NCBI GenBank assembly: GCA_013239625.1
Contig: MU053352.1
Location: forward strand, 691,079 to 755,078
Source of the DNA: Lama guanicoe
Taxonomy: Eukaryota
DNA: 64,000 bases
Direction: 5' to 3'
The notes below the pieces were generated by a model that worked only from the letters and a program-made list of their open reading frames with translations, was not told where the DNA came from and ran no database searches. This document shows positions 60,587 to 64,000 of the stretch, piece by piece (positions within the stretch are counted from its first letter, which is position 1; each line of letters begins with the position of its first letter). Position numbers and translations under genes: made by a program.

Positions 60587-61463
60587 TACTTACTTAAGAG
60601 AAGGAAATTTTTCTCTGATTGGATATTAGTTACTCAACTAACCTTCTAAGAAAGCACAAAGCCCCCAAACACCACCGGCTGTTCTGCTGACAGAAGTCTA
60701 GAATGCTCCTATTATTGCTTCCTTTAGACTAAAGCTTGGCTCTGTAAAGTGCATCCCCTTCCCAACCCACCCCTAGGATTGTCCCATCACTGGGAAGGGA
60801 ACAGGGCAAGAGGGTCTGGAGCTAATAGGCTCCAGCTGGGGAAGGGCCAGAGCCAAATCAGACCCTGCTTTGTGTGTGGTCTGTACATTGTGAACATTTC
60901 CGCCCACCCAGAAGGAAAGGTCCAAGGTGGGTGAGAGGTGGCTTCCCCTCCTTTTACCCCATTAACCTATCTCTGAGCCTCCCTTTGAAGCCAGACAGAC
61001 AAGTTCATGAGGATCTGCTGATACTCGGTAGGACTCATGGCACTCACAGTCTGGAGGTGGAGATGGACTCAGCAAACAGAGCCCCATGTAATGTCATTAG
61101 ATTAGGGTCAGCTCTGTGCAGGTGGAGCCACATGGCACTATGGGAGTTTGCCCTGGGGCCTACTTTAAATTATGTTTAAAGTTTTGTTTTGAATAGATAA
61201 TCCTGGGAGGTCAAGGAAGGTATCTGTCAGGAGGTAATTATGCTCAGGTCCAGAAGATAAGAAGAAATTTCCTGAACAAAGAGTTGGTCTTGGGATGAGG
61301 GATAGTGTTCTGGTAGCAGGAACAGGCTGTGCAAATGTCCTAAGGCAGGAACAACCTCCAGGAACTGATGGAGGACCAATGCAACTGGAGTTTGAAGGGT
61401 TAGGGAGGAGCGAGGTGTAAATGAGGAGGGAAAGGAGAGGGGAGCAGGGCCAGTCCCTGTGGG

Positions 61464-61624
61464 CAGGACTGGCTACATAATTTGTGGCGCCTGGTGCAAA
61501 ATGAAGATATGAGTCCCCTTGCTCAAAAATTATTAAGAATTTCAAGATGGTGACAGTAGAGCATTAAGCCAAGCATGGGACCCTGTGCAACTGCACAGGT
61601 CATACACCCAGGAAGTTGGTCCTG
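61464..61624 (-). mobile_element. MER45A-like hAT-Tip100 element inserted in an L2 relic
   Basis: caggactggctacataatttgtgg...aaaaattattaagaatttcaagatggtgacag...ctgtgcaactgcacaggtc...gtcctg, with CAGGAC/GTCCTG terminal inverted repeats. Confidence 0.75.
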
Positions 61625-62510
61625 CCCTTGGACCATAGTAAGAAGAAAGGACTTTGCTGTGATGGCTGCAGGGAGCCACTGAAGGCTTTTGAGTGAGGGG
61701 TGATAAAATCTGATTTGCATAAACCCAGGTGCTGTCTCACTATACCACACCTGGATAGTCTGTCACCCTCTCCTCTCTGCACAGGTGGTCTGATTCATTT
61801 TCCTAAAATATTTTACTCAGAACATCACTCTCCTGCTCAAGAATCTGCCGTGGCTCTCACCCCCTAATCAGATACAGCCCAAACTCTACCCAGACACTCA
61901 AGACCCTTCATAATTTGTCCTCATTTGATTTAGTTAACCTGCTATCAACATAGGCTGTGCGCGGGATTCCAGAGCTGATGAACTAACCCAAGGGTGCGCA
62001 TCAACTAGAGAATGGCAAACCAGGACGCGAACCCAGGTCTCCTGCGGTAGGCAACCCTTGCCCTGGAGGAGGGTGTAGCCTCACAATGTGCTTTGTATCC
62101 TCCAACCTAGTACAGAGACTTGCACAGTAGGTGCTCAGTATGTGCCTGTGGCAGTGAGTTCCTCCTGGGGCACATCTTTGCCAGGGCAGGTATTTCAGAA
62201 TCCAGGATGTAGTTTGTGTCCTTCCTATCTCCTCTCCATCACCTCTGCCTAAGCATTCGCCAAAGCCCCACGGCACCCTTGAGTGCCGGAGGGCGGGGTG
62301 GGTCTTGCCCATAGACATGTGTTTGGCCTGCACAGCTTTTAAAAAGCTTTTTCAATTCATCGTTAATATTTAAAAATCAAAAAATTTCACATGGCAGTAC
62401 GCAGTTTTGTTCCTCTGCAGAGTCCTGGGTCTGAATTCCCCAGGGGCAGACGCTTCCTAAGTGGACCCACTGAGGAGTTCCACCCTTAAGTCCCCCATAG
62501 GACTGTGAAA

Positions 62511-62622
62511 TTTGAAACTTTGAAGAAAAAGCTCCCTAGTTACCACCAAAGACTCTGACTGCTGGATTTGAAACTTTGAAGAAAAAGCTCTCTAGTTACC
62601 ACTAAAGATCCTGACTGCAGGA
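62511..62622 (+). repeat. 56-bp tandem duplication
   Basis: tttgaaactttgaagaaaaagctccctagttaccaccaaagactctgactgctgga occurs twice (62511-62566, 62567-62622) with about 5 mismatches. Confidence 0.9.
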
Positions 62623-62814
62623 TCCTGAAGTCTGACCTATCCGATGCATAACGCCATCTTCTGGGGGCGGGACCACGTGGAATAAGGCCCGCCCCCAGTC
62701 TCCTCTAGAGGGTAGGAGGAATGCTTTGCTTCAATTCTTACAACCAACTCCAACTTGATGGCTGACTCCTGAATCCCTGGGGGGCTGAATGGATGTAATG
62801 AGGGTTCCTCAGAC

Positions 62815-63195
62815 CACGCTGGTCCCTCCTTCCCAGCCTTTGACGTTGCCCATGCTCTCTGCTTGGAAGGCTCTTCCTCCACATTTTAATTCTGACTGGC
62901 TCCTGATTACCATTCAGGTCTCAACCCAAATGTTACCTCCTTAGAAAGGCCTTCCCAGCGCATCTGTCTGAAGCTCCAGGCATTACTCTGTACTGTGTTT
63001 TCCTTTTTTATTCTTATTTTTTTTTTAATCATAGCACTTATTATCTGAAATTGATTTGTTGCTGTTTGGCTGCCAAAAGATGTGAGCTCTGTGAAGGCAA
63101 GGACAGGGTTTGTCTTGCTCATCTCTGAATTCCCAGGACCTAGAAGGTAACCTGGCACCACAGAAGAGGTTCAGCACAATTTGTGGAAAAGTGAA
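62815..63195 (+). mobile_element. L2 LINE 3' fragment (other L2 relics at ~420-480, 4240-4500, 11270-11340, 61180-61900)
   Basis: aggtctcaacccaaatgttacctccttagaaaggccttccc...tgtgagctctgtgaaggcaaggac...cctggcac is typical of L2 3' ends. Confidence 0.7.
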
Positions 63196-63726
63196 CCACT
63201 GGACTCAGAAAACACCTTTCCCTGGAGGATGCCCATGACTCAGTGTCGCAAGTTTGGGTGGGAGCCGGTTGGCAATTAGAGAGCAATTAGTTACCAGCTA
63301 ATTGATGCACAAGACAGCTGTGGGGCTGGGAGGCAATCAAGGGACTGAAGCCCAGAAAGGAGACTTAGGTCTCTTTCTGGGAAAATGCTGAGAGAAGGCA
63401 ATGAGAAATCCCCAGGATAACATTTGAAAACCTCTTGTGTTCTTGCAAGAGATTTATACCATCTGAAGTGCCACCAAAGGGACTTGGTTCCCTTTACGAA
63501 GCTAGTGGATCTGGCCAGGCTCTGGTGATGGGACTGGCCTGTAAAGGAAGGGATGGGACAGATGGAGGAAGTGTCACCCTTTCCTACTTGGGGGGTAAAA
63601 TACTTTGGGGTATTAGGAAAGGTTATCATGTTTGCAAATACCAGAAACCTCACAGATTAATCTGAGTTAATAGGGGGCGTTACTGGAAGGCCATCAGAAG
63701 TGGTATCAAGATTATAAAACTTTCAA

Positions 63727-63815
63727 AGGGAGCATATAGCTCAGTGGTAGAGTGCATGCTTAGCACGCATGAGGTCCTGGGTTTAATCCCCAGTACCTCC
63801 ATTAAAAAAAAAAAA
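63727..63815 (+). mobile_element. tRNA-Ala-derived SINE (camelid Vic-1-like)
   Basis: GGGAGCATATAGCTCAGTGGTAGAGTGCATGCTTAGCACGCATGAGGTCCTGGGTTTAATCCCCAGTACCTCCA followed by poly(A); degenerate TSD aagattataaaactttcaa / aagactataaaaaattcaa. Confidence 0.88.
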
Positions 63816-63921
63816 GACTATAAAAAATTCAAGGTAGAAAGGGGGTGCTCTCAAACTCATTCCGTTGACTCAAAATCATTTTCTAGTTTCCAGACCCTTC
63901 TGATCAGCCTGTTGTTTAGAG

Positions 63922-64000
63922 CTTTGCTTTCAAAGTGTGGTCTGTGGACCAGCAGCTTTGGCATCTCCTAGGAGCCTGTTGGAAATGCAGGGTCTCAGGC
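63922..64000. mobile_element. MER5A-like hAT element (truncated by the window end)
   Basis: tcaaagtgtggtctgtggaccagcagc...ggcatctcctaggagcctgttggaaatgcag matches the MER5A terminus. Confidence 0.7.

Noticed and set aside
63727..63801. Functional tRNA-Ala gene
   Set aside because: The acceptor stem and T-loop (GGTTTAAT) are disrupted, and a poly(A) tail and TSD are present, so this is a SINE. The same applies to the copy at 56.0k.

Overview
Mammalian genomic DNA, probably a camelid, judged from two young tRNA-Ala(AGC)-derived SINEs resembling Vic-1. The window holds the conserved PLA2G3(+) / INPP5J(-) / SELENOM(+) / SMTN(-) cluster, syntenic with human 22q12. I assembled all four genes by hand with GT-AG splice sites and consistent phases: PLA2G3 508 aa, INPP5J 1000 aa, SELENOM 142 aa (in-frame UGA-Sec, CC-type SECIS) and SMTN-B 916 aa with alternative terminal exons. 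The rest is intronic or intergenic DNA with MIR, L2, hAT and LTR relics, and most ORFs in the supplied track are GC-rich noise. I found no wholly new biological system. The best leads are: a probable U12 intron with a degenerate donor inside SELENOM; a 143-codon intronic alternative first exon of SMTN resembling the SMTNL2 N-terminal coiled coil; a 264-bp near-perfect direct duplication bracketing the SMTN start-codon exon; a premature stop trimming 13 aa from INPP5J; and paired intronic CArG boxes. Comparisons with human proteins and repeat consensi are from memory and need alignment.
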